Positions 40,071 to 51,900 of a DNA stretch of 64,000 nucleotides are shown here, in pieces. A model generated the notes under the pieces. The model had not been told where the DNA came from. It ran no database searches and saw only the letters and a list, made by a program, of their open reading frames with translations. The position numbers were made by a program, and so were the translations under genes. Position 1 is the stretch's first letter; every line of letters starts with the position of its first letter. This stretch comes from Yuukianura sp. NJ FZ-2021 (taxonomy: Eukaryota), in the NCBI GenBank assembly GCA_046563655.1, contig CM102286.1, forward strand, positions 4,092,001 to 4,156,000, written 5' to 3'.

Positions 40071-41750
40071 ATGAAATACTTCAGTATTTGTGTTTTTCTG
40101 TTGGTGTTTTTTCTGGAAGTCAAACTTTCAAACCCGTTAGTGGTTAGAATTCAAATTTAATATTAATAATAATATTACAAATATAATATTACAATTCAAA
40201 TAGAATTTATAAAAAACGAAACCAAAAGTAATCCAACTCGACTTTGCACAATTCTTTTTAGTATTCGACTTCTGTCAACCGGTGCACCGTGGAACACTTA
40301 CGCAGGCGCATTCCCAGAAAAGCAATTTCTCCTTCAGTCGTTTTTGATGAAAACCAAAAAACTTTGAAATGGAGTTCACAAAACGTAACATACAGAATCA
40401 GCGACTACACGAATCAATTAACCAAAGAATTTGTAGATGAACAAGTTGAAAGGGCCTTTGAACTTTGGGCGGAACACACGGATCTCATTTTTATTAGAAA
40501 AAATGGAACTGAAGAGGTACGCAGGACAAAGTTGTTGAAGTTTCGTTACAAAATTGTGAATTTTGAAATTTAACAGGCAGACATTGAGATCAAATTCGGC
40601 CGGGGAAGTCATGGGGACTCGTCGCCATTTAGAAGTTTTGACATCGCACATGCCTTTGCTCCAGACGAAGGAATAGGCGGAGATATCCATTTGAATGACA
40701 ACTACACACACTGGGCTGTAGGCACGACTTTTCTGCATAGCATGACCCATGAAATCGGCAAGCCCTCACTTATTTTCGTTGACCTAGTTTGACGTGTTAT
40801 TTGAATTTTCGCTCTAATTGCAAAGGTCACGCTATTGGTCTAAATCACGTGCCCTTGAAGTACTCCATTATGAGTCCATACCAAGGACATGCAGAGTTTC
40901 CAGTCAGTTTGGCCCTTGAAGACGTCCAAGCTGTCCAGGTAAGAAGTTTACAACTAAAATTTTTAAAATTTTTAAAACTTTGGTGTGAAAAATCGAAATT
41001 AAATGTTAACTACTCTGCGGTCTTGGTCAAGAATTGATAAAGCAACGTATGATTTTACATTTTATGCGATACGGCGGTTAGCAGTTAGCTATTAAATTTT
41101 TTACTGAAATTTTGTAACAGGCTTTGTACGGAAAGAAAAAAGCGACTTGCCGTCAACAACCTAAGAAATTGGCCCCATCAATCATCCTTGAAGCAGTAAA
41201 GGCAAGAGAAAGGCCAAAGGTTACCACAAACTCCCCTAAGATATTTGTAGAAAAAGATACGACCGAAGACAGAATGTCACCAAAAAGCAGAAACCGCACG
41301 AAACAAGGAAGCGTGGACGAGGTTGACGGTATCTTTAGGTTTGGCACGACCTTGCCCCCTACTTTTATGCCGGCATCAGTCGAAACCGTAACCATAGCGG
41401 GGTCTACCGAAAGGAAACAAGGAAAGCCGCCTCCTCAAGACGACACTGAAGGTTCGGGTGGCATAGAAATTTCAAATTTTGACATTGACGATGAATTGAT
41501 TGAAAACAAACTTCATTCATCAGACGATGGTTCAGGAGAATCTGATGAAAAAGTGATCAAGTCCACCGAATCAGATTTAATTTTTGACAACGCTTCTGAT
41601 ACTACTCCCGATGAAACAGAAGTATTGACCAAGACAGTCGATACAATGGTAGGCAGAGGCAGTACTGCTCCTGTGTCTTGTTCGCGTATCAAGCTCTACT
41701 TATTAATGTTAATCGTATCGTTACGATACGTTTTAGGAATAAAAATTTGA
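40071..41750 (+). CDS. Matrix metalloproteinase (M10A), no hemopexin domain, acidic Ser/Thr stalk and hydrophobic C-terminus (~416 aa); exons 40071-40142, 40262-40516, 40577-40757, 40826-40938, 41121-41750
   Basis: Signal peptide MKYFSICVFLLVFFLEVKLS; catalytic domain KWSSQNVTYRI, AFELWAEHTDLIF, ADIEIKF...HGD, AHAF, GGDIHL, zinc motif HEIGHAIGLNH, Met-turn SIMSPY, EDVQAVQ|ALYG. Confidence 0.87.
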
Positions 41751-41868
41751 AACACCTACAAAATGTTTTTGAAAGATTTTCTTTTCGACAAAATATTCGA
41801 TGATGAGCACAATATTCTTCGATAGATCAATTTGCTAATATTTATTTCATCACAGACCAGTTAAAAAA

Positions 41869-44093
41869 TTACAGCGGGCAGCAGAGGAGGGCGACGTTGT
41901 TCAAAGCAGTGTCGTCATCTAGAGAAAACAAAAATGGAAATTAGTTACATAAGCTAAAATTCGATCTGCAAGCGAAACGAAACCGAAACGTTTGGAATAT
42001 GAAAATACAGATGAGTCTCTAACTTAGAAACTGGGAAAAATACAAAACAAATGGCAATTCAGAATACAAAACTGGAAAGATAAACATTATTAAGGTAGGA
42101 CAAAATGAAACCAAAATGTACGAAAAGGACATCAGAGTAAGGAAATTTCCTATTCCCGTTTGTGCAATTGCCATTTGTTTTGTATTTTGCCCAGTTTCTA
42201 AGTTGCAGACTCCTCTGTAATCTGCTCGTGGGAAGCTATGGTTATATATCGCAAATGTTGTGTAACGAAATGTAACGTAATAAAAAAAAACGAAATCAGG
42301 TAATTTGGGCAGCGGATTTCGATTTTGTATTGAAGAGACAGTACTTACTGATGGAGTTTTGTGGAGGCTGAACTTGTGTCTTGAGACCGCAAATGGCGAA
42401 ACCTTCGTTACAAGTAAAGATGCTCTGCCAATCTCCCCAGCCATTGCCGTCTCCTTCGATAGCTTCAGTTGGATTTTCTGAACAAAACATTCGAATGTTG
42501 TTAGCAGCAGTGTTGTCAATGTGACCGCCTGCCTCCTGGCGAAGTTGGAAGCCAGTGATAAGTCCGCCATTTTGGCAGTAGTAGTAGTTTCCCCAACTGC
42601 CCCAGTTTCCTTCTTTGCTTTGCACAGTCGTACCCCATGTTGAGCAAACCAGTTTGAGGCCGTTCATGGAAGTATCATCGGATGCCAATTGATTTGACTC
42701 TGTCTTGACTTGGAATCCATTGGCCCATGATCCTTCTGGGCATCTGTCCACTTCGTTCGGATATGATCCCCAATCCGTAATGGCCTCAGAGTACATCAAG
42801 TAAGATCCATCTTTTAAAAAAACACTTTTTAAAATTTCAATTTTTCAAAAATTGTTAAAATCCAAAAGTCATCGAATAGCTCCAAAAATTACCGTCAGGT
42901 TCAGGAGTAGGTGCTGGTGGGCAGATTCCGGCGCCTGTAGAAATCAAATCTTTTGCTTCGTTTTTCAATTGTTGGTGGACAAGCTGATACCCAAGGCTAA
43001 TACAGGAGACTATAAGTTTTGAAAGAAAATTAATTTTTTCGTACTTAATCTTGAAAAATCACGACGTTCGCGTTTTATCAAAATTACGAAACTTACGGTC
43101 ACCACCAGCCATGATGTAAAGGTTACAATCCTGCGTCAAAAAATTGACTGGGTTAAAATCTAATTTCAGCACGAAATATTTTTAAAGCTAAAGATCTTAA
43201 TGTATAAGTGAATTTTTCTTTTGTAGGTACCTTGAAAATTTCATTGGAAATATTTAGGACTTGTTGATCCACAATTGGTTTGATTTTTGGCCAAACCAAG
43301 TCGAAGATTATTTTAATTGCAGGGTTAAAATCTTCCCAAATGAGTTCTCCGCCGTTGAGGAGCGTCTCGGTAGTGTTGAGCTCCAAGGCGTCAAATTGGA
43401 CGTGCGTTGAGGCTGCAGTTATTTCAAATGCTCCATCAAGTTTAACGTCCACGTCGAGATCCAAAGTGACAGCTCCATTGGTCAAGTCAACAGTGTAGTC
43501 GTCTCGTGATTGTACTTCAACTGCACCACCAAACAAAAGTACGTCAGCTTCATGCTTTCCTTCAATATGAAGCTTTGGAGCAACGAGCCAGTAGTGAACT
43601 TTAGCGAGAATTCCGACTTCAAAGGTCAAGTCATCAGTAATGTTTGAAGTTCCGGTGGCAACAGAGTGACTAAATTTAAAACAAGAAATTCAATTTCCCA
43701 TTTTTTAAATGAATTTCTGAAATTTCAAAAAAACTTACCAGAATGTTATGTTTCCAGCTCCATCTGGCAGAGTAATGTACACGTCATTGAGTTCAGCAGG
43801 ATCAGGCAGTTGTGGAATCACTGGAAAAAGTGGGTTGGACCTCTCAGTAATTTCTCCAAACAAAGCAAGGGCGAAGAGCCGTGCAAGCTTTTCTAAAAAC
43901 GAAAAAAAATAAAAATAAAAATAAAAATTTTGAAAAATAAAATAAAAGTTTACAAAATGATCAAATACTGTGACGCTTATGTCTTACGTTCTACTTCCGG
44001 TTCAAGTCCTGTAGTGTAGTCCTCCGGAAACGGGATGCTGATTGCACCACATACCGCCACCAAAAAAACGAGAATGCCAAAATGTTTCATCAT
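41869..44093 (-). CDS. Secreted two-domain protein: JHBP/takeout-like N-terminal domain + vitelline membrane outer layer protein I (VMO-I, beta-prism I) domain (~453 aa); exons 44093-43988, 43892-43739, 43669-43231, 43130-43097, 43009-42893, 42810-42349, 41918-41869
   Basis: Phase-consistent 1362-nt spliced frame. Signal peptide MMKHFGILVFLVAVCGA; Pro-rich linker CPPAPTPEPD; VMO-I repeats (WGSY..CPEGSWANGFQVK..DDTSMNGLKLVC; WGSWG..C..GFQLR..DNTAANNIRMFC; WGDW..C..AICGLKTQVQ..DDTALNNVALLCC*). The VMO-I call is strong; the JHBP-like call for the N-domain is weaker (IPQLPDP, GTSN, beta-rich core, long C-terminal helix). Confidence 0.78.
42006..42219. mobile_element. MITE-like element with ~54-bp inverted arms (TA|CAG...CTG|TA) in the last intron of the VMO-I gene
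   Basis: 42006-42059 is the reverse complement of 42166-42219 with about 4 mismatches; termini are TA-CAG and CTG-TA, as in Tc1/mariner-type elements; no transposase. Confidence 0.65.
43906..43947 (+). repeat. A-rich (AAAAT/AAAAAT)n simple repeat in an intron
   Basis: Several tandem A4-5T units directly visible. Confidence 0.6.
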
Positions 44094-45963
44094 TTTCTGC
44101 AAATTTCGTTTCTATGAACTTTGACTGAGGGAAGAACAGTAAAGAAGAGTAATTGGAAAATCTTTGCAGCCTGGTTTTCTAGCTGCGCATAATCAATAGG
44201 TCAAATCAGTAAATCAGTTTTAGTTAGAAGAGGACATCTTCAAATAATTTTGAGATCTAATCAGTACATGACATTCAATTGATTGTCGCAGACTTTAAAC
44301 TTCCCTATGTCAAAGTACATGCAAAACGTAATTTTTGAAGTACTTTGCAAAATTGTCACCTGTCAACACGGCATCATCAGAAGATAAGTCCATCTCAATT
44401 GTTCTCAGGTGGAAAAAATTAGCTAGAAATTTTCAATTTTTGCAAATTGCAATTGGTTCATGGCTAAATGAGACCATCCGCAAAAATTTAGCTTCTGCAA
44501 ACAGAAAATACCTACGCGATAATCGCTGGAAAAAATTCACTTAACTGCACATTTAAAAAGAACATGCTATTTTTTTTATTGGTTTTTATTCGATTTAAAT
44601 CAGCTACGTTTCACTCTAATTACCGGTATCACTTGGGGAAATTGCTCTCACGTACTCCGTTAAGGCAGAAGGTTGGGTTTTGGTTTTATTCAGAGTATTA
44701 ATCAACGGTCTACCAAATCTACGTGTTTTATTTCATTTTCTTTCACTGATTTCTCTCGGACTCGAACGTTAAAGTATTGATTAATTGGAGTTTTGATCGA
44801 GTAATTGAGTCGAGAGTTGGGAGTTGACATTTACCAGCCGGGGGTCAACGGAGGTCAAAGACATTGGGTCAATTTGGAAGGAGGTCACTGCACTGCACAA
44901 ATTCTCAGGTCATCAGCCTATCTGTCAACTAGGAGTCCTTCTATCGGCCCTTAGAAGCGAAGAAACCCGCTTTTAAGGTGAAACTGTCTGGGGCCCGTTA
45001 ATTAAGCGTAAGGGTAGCGATCGGAAAGGGCGGGTTATCAAATTAGAGCCGGATTTGTAGCCCTTAATTGGCTACTGGAAAATCGTATCCTTACAAAGTG
45101 GATTTTTTACAAAGGGGTTTTTTCTAAATAAAAAATTAGATTCCACAACTGGTGTATATCCGAAAAATGCAAACTAATGCTATTTTTTTTTTCACTGACA
45201 CAACAATAGCTGAGATCGCTTTAAATTTATTTGCAGCACTTAAAATATATAGTATGAACAGAATATTGCATACATATGCAACAAGGCATATAGTCTTAAC
45301 TCTTAAATAACAAATTAATTGTAATTAACTTACTTTAGCATAACAATTAACTAATATTGTTTAACAAAGCTCTTCCGAAATTAAAATACTTTTAAGGTTA
45401 AGTAGTAGTCTAAGGTTTGCTTTCCTATTTTTAAAAAATCTCATCGTTCATGCAAACCTTGAAGTCAGTAATGAAACAAAGTACTTTAAAAAAAAAGTTT
45501 TCCATTTTCAATATAAACAGAAACGCTTGGAAATGTTCGACTTTTTTTTTCTGTTTTCCCTGACTAGTTTCTTGATGCAATTTTGCAACATCAGGAATCA
45601 AGTTACCATCTTAAAAAAACTGGAAAAATTCTATTCCATATATCTTTTGTGCGTGAAGCTAAAAAGCTGTTTAAAACATCGGCTATTTAGTGAAGGCGGG
45701 AACAAGGAATTTACTGGAATTGGTCAGTTTTGGTAAATGATTATCGTTGTGCTTGGAATGGGAGTTTATCAGTCTTTCCTTTTTCGGTTTCTAATATTAC
45801 TTAAAATGGCAGCGGAATACTCGTTTCTGGAAGTGACGTTGCTGTATATCCAGAGTGAACACACTGATCGGATTGGATTGAAGGTGGAAAGTCGGTGAGA
45901 AGAGCAGTTTTTGGGATAACTTATTGTTTTGAATTGGCAATTAGATTGTGAATCACATTAGTT

Positions 45964-48900
45964 TCACCGCCACGTTCCATGGGCACCTTCGTCGTCACTG
46001 GAATCTCCACCGTAGATGTCGGCCAATTTCTTAAACCTTGGTCCAAAGTTTGGAAGATAGTCAAAGTCCAGATCTTCGTCGTCAGTTCCAGAGGCAAGAG
46101 AAGACAAGGAACCAATGGAATTTCCGTCGCCTTCATAAGCATAGTTCCGAAGGTCGTCAAACGGAAGTCCTTCTGGAGCATCGTCAATTCGATTCTTGTT
46201 TCCCTTCAGGAAGTTGCCCATGTCGGAACCATCAATTCCATCTTTAAAATCAAAGATAGTGAAATTAGTTCATCGCTTAGCAATAACCTTAGCATTTCTT
46301 ATTTCTTACTTGGCTGCGGTTGTTGCTGTTGTAGCTTATCATTCTCCTTTGTGACGTGTGGAAGTGCTGCATTAAAAAATACCGAGAGATCGTATCCACC
46401 GTGATCACCTTCGCCGCCACCTTCGTCCGAGTAGTTGATAATGTTTTCTCGAATGTCATCAGTGGGCTCGCCCTTAACTTCTTCGTATCGCCTCCTCCTT
46501 CGGTAGAAAACGAAGGCTGCAATGAGTAGGAAGAATAGGAGCAGACAGACGATCACAATGATGATCAAGTTTAGGCCCAAGCCTACTTTGGCTACTTGCA
46601 CACCAAAAATCGGCACATCACAGCTTGACACATTCCCTTTTGCGAAACTTGGTTCTCCGAGATCGTAATACTGTAAACAAAAAAGTTTAGTTACACAAAA
46701 GAAAATCATTCAGTTTTATATTTTTACTACTATCTATCCCGAATAAGGTGTTCACTAGTTTGGAGTAGCAGAGGGGTGCGCCCGCGTGCAAAAAAGGGGC
46801 GCGGGGGCGGGTGCGGCATAATTAATTTAAATTTGGTAAAAAAAATGGCAAACGTGAAAAATAAATGATTCTTGTTAAAAATCAATACTTTTAATAATAC
46901 AATTAATTAATTTTAATTAATATTTAAATAATTAATATGGAAAATTGGTTTTCTCTTTTTGTTTTTAGTTTTACGTTATACAAACAAGTAATTAAGTAAA
47001 ACTTGTTAAAACGTGTAATAATATAATATAATTAATGAATTTTAATTAATTAATTAATAATTAACATAAAAAATTGATTTCGCTGGATAATTGTTGAATT
47101 ACTAACTACAACTAATGAATCAAATTATTAATTGTTTTGAACTGTCATTTAACTAGTTACTCATATTAATTGAAACAAAAAAAAATCCAGCGAAATCAAT
47201 TTTTTATGTTAATTATTAATTAATTAATTAAAATTCATTAATTATATTATATTATTACACGTTTTAACAAGTTTTACTTAATTACTTGTTTGTATAACGT
47301 AAAACTAAAAAAACACAAAAAAACCAATTTTCCATATTAATTATTTAAATATTAATTAAAATTAATTAATTGTATTATTAAAAGTATTGATTTTTAACAA
47401 GAATCATTTATTTTTCACGTTTGCCATTTTTTTTACCAAATTTAAATTAATTATGCCGCACTCGCCCCCGCGCCCCTTTTTTGCACGCGGGCGCACCCCT
47501 CTGCTACTCCAAACTAGTGAACACCTTATTCGGGATAGATAATAGTAAAACATACTTCTCCATTGAGCGTGAAATTGGATATACATCCAACGAATCCTTT
47601 GTTTGTAGGAACAAAGTTCCAGTTATTATGTGATTGTAAAAATTTGGGGTCCGTTGAAACACCACCCAACTGCAGTGGTCCATTAACGTTAAGGGCAGAG
47701 TGGTCTCCAATTTTGGATCCAAATGTGAAACAACTGGGCTCTTTCTTGGAACAACCATCGATGCTCATAGAGATTTCCTAACAACACAATAGAAAAAAAA
47801 ATTAGTCACGAATTGAAGAATAAGAATCGTTTAATATCTTAATCGCAAACTTACGGAAGGATTCCAAGCCAGTGTTACTAAATGGTCTTTTCCATCTGAA
47901 AGATTCGGGGCATTGGGAAGCTGCAATCGAAGAACTCCGGAACCATAATCCAATAGGAATACTGGTCGACCTTCTCTGAGTTCAAGCGATACAAAATCTG
48001 CAAAAGAAAATTTTGATGAATTTGATTCTTCAATTTTTGCTCAATACCGGAAGAAGTAAAAAGTTACCTGATACGTTATTGGTCGTTTTGTAGGTGGGTC
48101 CATTGTACAACAGAAGGCCATTGGGTGAATGAGTGCTAAAATAGAATTGAAGAACGGAGTCTGAGCAGACAGACAGCGGCGGATACCAGGCAAATCCTGT
48201 TCCTTCAAACGATATTGTTGTCGCTTCACAACGACTTCCTCGATAGCCTTCCGTACATTCACAACTGAAATTAAAATTGCTTTAATTTTCCATTTTTCAG
48301 CACAATACTTTCTCTTCAGTGAAAGTTAGCATACCTAAATCCTTCTATGTTCGGCCCACTGTGGCAAATTCCTCCATGAAGACAGGGATTCGGTTGGCAC
48401 GAATTTCGTCTCAGATCTGCTTTACACTTGCATTGAGGAGTTATAGATGCAGTGACGCCAACGAAGGAGGATGTATTGGTCATAATGCGATGGGCAGCAG
48501 TGCTCTTCACTAAATCATTGTAGCAACTATGTTCACAGTGCAGATTCTCTCGTAAACATTCGTCGACACGAATCATAAGAATTTCCGCGTTCAGCACGTT
48601 TTGCAACTGCAAAGAAACGTCAATTATCAAAACTTGTGTCAACAAAACTTAAAAAAAAACAGCGTCGAAATAATTTTATATTTTGAATTCCACTTACGCT
48701 ATCTTTTTCCATCGCCAAAAGCCCTTCCATTTTTTCAGCCTTGTAAATTGGAGAGTTATGCGCAGAGAATCGTACGTCGATAACATTCAAATCGCTAACA
48801 ATATCCGGATGTAGAACAGTGAACACATCAACGTTCTTTTCAGGAACGTTCAATATCCTTGCAATTTCAGCTCGCAGTCGCTCGTGTCGACTTTTCCCTC

Positions 48901-51900
48901 CCTGTTGAGCATTTTTGGAAGTTAGCACAAAAAATTCAAAAGTTCAAAATTGCTGTTTCGGTTGTTGCATAAAATTCTTACCGGCGTTTCAGGTGCTATG
49001 AATTCCTCTTCAGTGACTCCGCTAAGTCGAATTGACCCTGAGTTGTCAACTGCCTCGTCCGTAATTTGCTTCACAGTCACGATTACTTTGGCCGTTGCGT
49101 GTTCATTACGAAATACGTCAGATACTTTGATCATAAGCTCATGGTCTCCTTCTGAAACTGATGGTCTCATGCTAATGGTACCATCGGCATAGTTCAGAAC
49201 AAAGTCAGGATGAGATGTGGACTCCCAAGCGAAAGACTTGTCAGGCAAATCCCAGTCGTCGAGGTCATTGACATATGCTCGTCCAATTGGAAATAAGTTC
49301 GTTTCCTTGTATTTGTAAACTAGGATACGACTTTCCCCATTAGTCATTGGATTGTCATTCAAATCCCCGATTACAATCGTCAAAATACTCGTTCCTGTTT
49401 GCTGCGGGCTTCCCGAATCACTAATTTCGATTGGAACTTGATAAATCTTGCGAGCTTCTCTGTCTATGTTTTCTCGGATAGCTCTCACAGTATTCCCTAA
49501 TCAAAATAAAAATCACAGGTATGACTTCGGTGACCTCACAAATTAAACCAGACTTCCTTTGCGGGCTTACCGACAACTTCGAACGTTCTTTTGGTCTCTT
49601 CGTCAGCAAGTTTTGAAAGACGAAAGGTGAAAGGCCCGCCATTAGTGTCATCGTCGTAATCAAGAGCCGTGAGATGAGTCACAACTCCAGTACCTTGGTT
49701 TTCGTTCCAAACAACTGGGTTTGTCTGCAAAAAGAAATTCCACAGTTTAACTAACATAACAATAACAATTAACACAACACTTGTAAAATATTCAAAGAAA
49801 ACGATCTTACCGAGTTCAGCAACGGCGGGTTATCATTAATATCCTGCAAAGAAAAAGACATTCAGCACATTTTAGTTTTTTGAAATACACCGCCGAGAAC
49901 TTTACGCATGCTTAACCACATCTAATTTTTAAATGGTTTTCTTAAACTACTCACCGTCAAGCTGACAATGAGTTCAACCAGGGTGGACAGTTTCGTTGGT
50001 GTGCTGCCATTTTCGTCAGAAGCTCCAATAAAGGCTTGGTGATATGGTACACCATTAGGAGGGTCTCGGTCTAACGGCTGAAATTTGCAATTCAAAGTTT
50101 AAAACACGCGTAAAGAGAAGTGCGACAATTATCATCACGCATGCACAATTGAAATTTTAGTATTCCGCATGGCTCACCTTCTTCACCCTGACACATCCTG
50201 TAGTTGGATGTACCGAAAAAGATTCTTGTGCCTTCTTGTCAACAAAGTAAAAAATTTGTTGTGGCAAGCTTCTGTCACCAATGTCAGGATCAAAGGCAGT
50301 GACTGTAAATATGCATCGGTCCGGCACCATTTCCTCCTGGATTGTCACTTTCTTATTCATTTCTTCAAAAACTGGCGGATTGTCGTTCACGTCTAAAAAA
50401 TATTTCAATAATTACTTACAAATATCTATGTATAGCTGAATTGCTCAATTAACTGAAAATGTAATTACTTGTTATGGCAATTAGCACTGTCGTGGTGACG
50501 TCATGGAACGAGTCAGAGGCTCTAACAGTCAACTTGTAGTTTCTCACTTTTTCGTAGTCAAGTGCCCTCTGGACAGTAATTATACCAGTCGTAGAGGTAC
50601 TTTTAATAAGAAAATGCCCTTCAGGATCTCCGTCTTCAATTGAGTACGTAATCACCGATTCTAAGACACAAAATATTCAAAATATTACAGTTTGCGTGCT
50701 TGCCAACAATCACGAAAACAGAAATACTTACCCGTATCAGGGTCTGTTGCCTTCACTTCAATGACAGTATTTCCAATGTCAGCATTCTCTGGAATTTCAG
50801 CCTTGTACCCGCCGTTAGGAACTTCAAACCTTGGGGAGTTGTCATTCTTGTCTGCGATCTCAATCTTAATCTGTTCTCTTCGTTCGTTCGGCAATCCTTG
50901 GGGATTGGGCTTCAAAATTGCAGAGGGAGCTCCGTCTCTAGCGATGACTTCCAGTTGAAAAATATCTTGGTTCTCTCGATCAAATGCTTTTCGAGTTTTG
51001 ATTTCGCCAGTGACGGAGTCGATGCTAAAGTCTTCTAAGAAATCCGCTCCCAATGAGTAGCTTACCTAAAACGCATTTTGATAATGAAAGAAAACAGTTT
51101 CATGGTACCCAAATTTCCTAAAAATCGAAAGTATTTCGGACTTACCAAGTTGTTTGGTGGAGTTCCGTCCTTATCAATTGCTTGAACACGCATGACAGAG
51201 GTACCTGGTGCTTCGTTCTCAAGTACACTTCCTTGCTTGACATCCGTGAAAAATGGACGCTCATCGTTCTCATCCTCTACTTCAATTCGCAGAACAGTTG
51301 TCACAGCCAAGTCATGTTTGTTCTACCAAAAAATAAATTGGACACATTAGTTTTCACAAGTTTTAAAGTCCAAAAATTTTTCGAACTTACCGATACACGG
51401 ACGGTGAGTAAGTACTGGTTGACCAATTCATAGTCCAACTGCTTCTCAACTCTAATTGACACTTTGTTCCCAGATGCTTCAGACGTGAAAATAGAATCCT
51501 TATTTGTTGCCTGTGTCTGTCCATTGAGCAATTCGAAGAAGACGAGAGAACTGTTGGGGATTCCTGAATTGGCTTCCAGGACGGCCACTGGAGTTCTTGG
51601 ATCATGACTCAGTTCCTTGATGTAAATTGGCTCAAGATGCTCGACCAGGAAGAACGGTGGCTTCTGGTTGGGTTCGACCACTCGAATAATAAGGTTTGTA
51701 CTGGATGTCTCTGGTGGATTCCCTCTGTCCGAAGCTTCAGCAACAACAGTGTAGATCCGTTCAGAGTCTCTGGAATCGGGGAATTTCCTTTTCAGTCGAA
51801 CTTCTCCAGTATCGATATTTACTTCAAAGTATTCCAAATCCTGGATGGAGCTTTGGAATGGATGAAGTCTGTATTGAACTGTCCCATTATTTCCGTCGTC

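Noticed and set aside
42019..42570. 183-aa minus-strand ORF
   Set aside because: Alternate frame over the VMO-I exon, running into an intron and the MITE; not protein-like.
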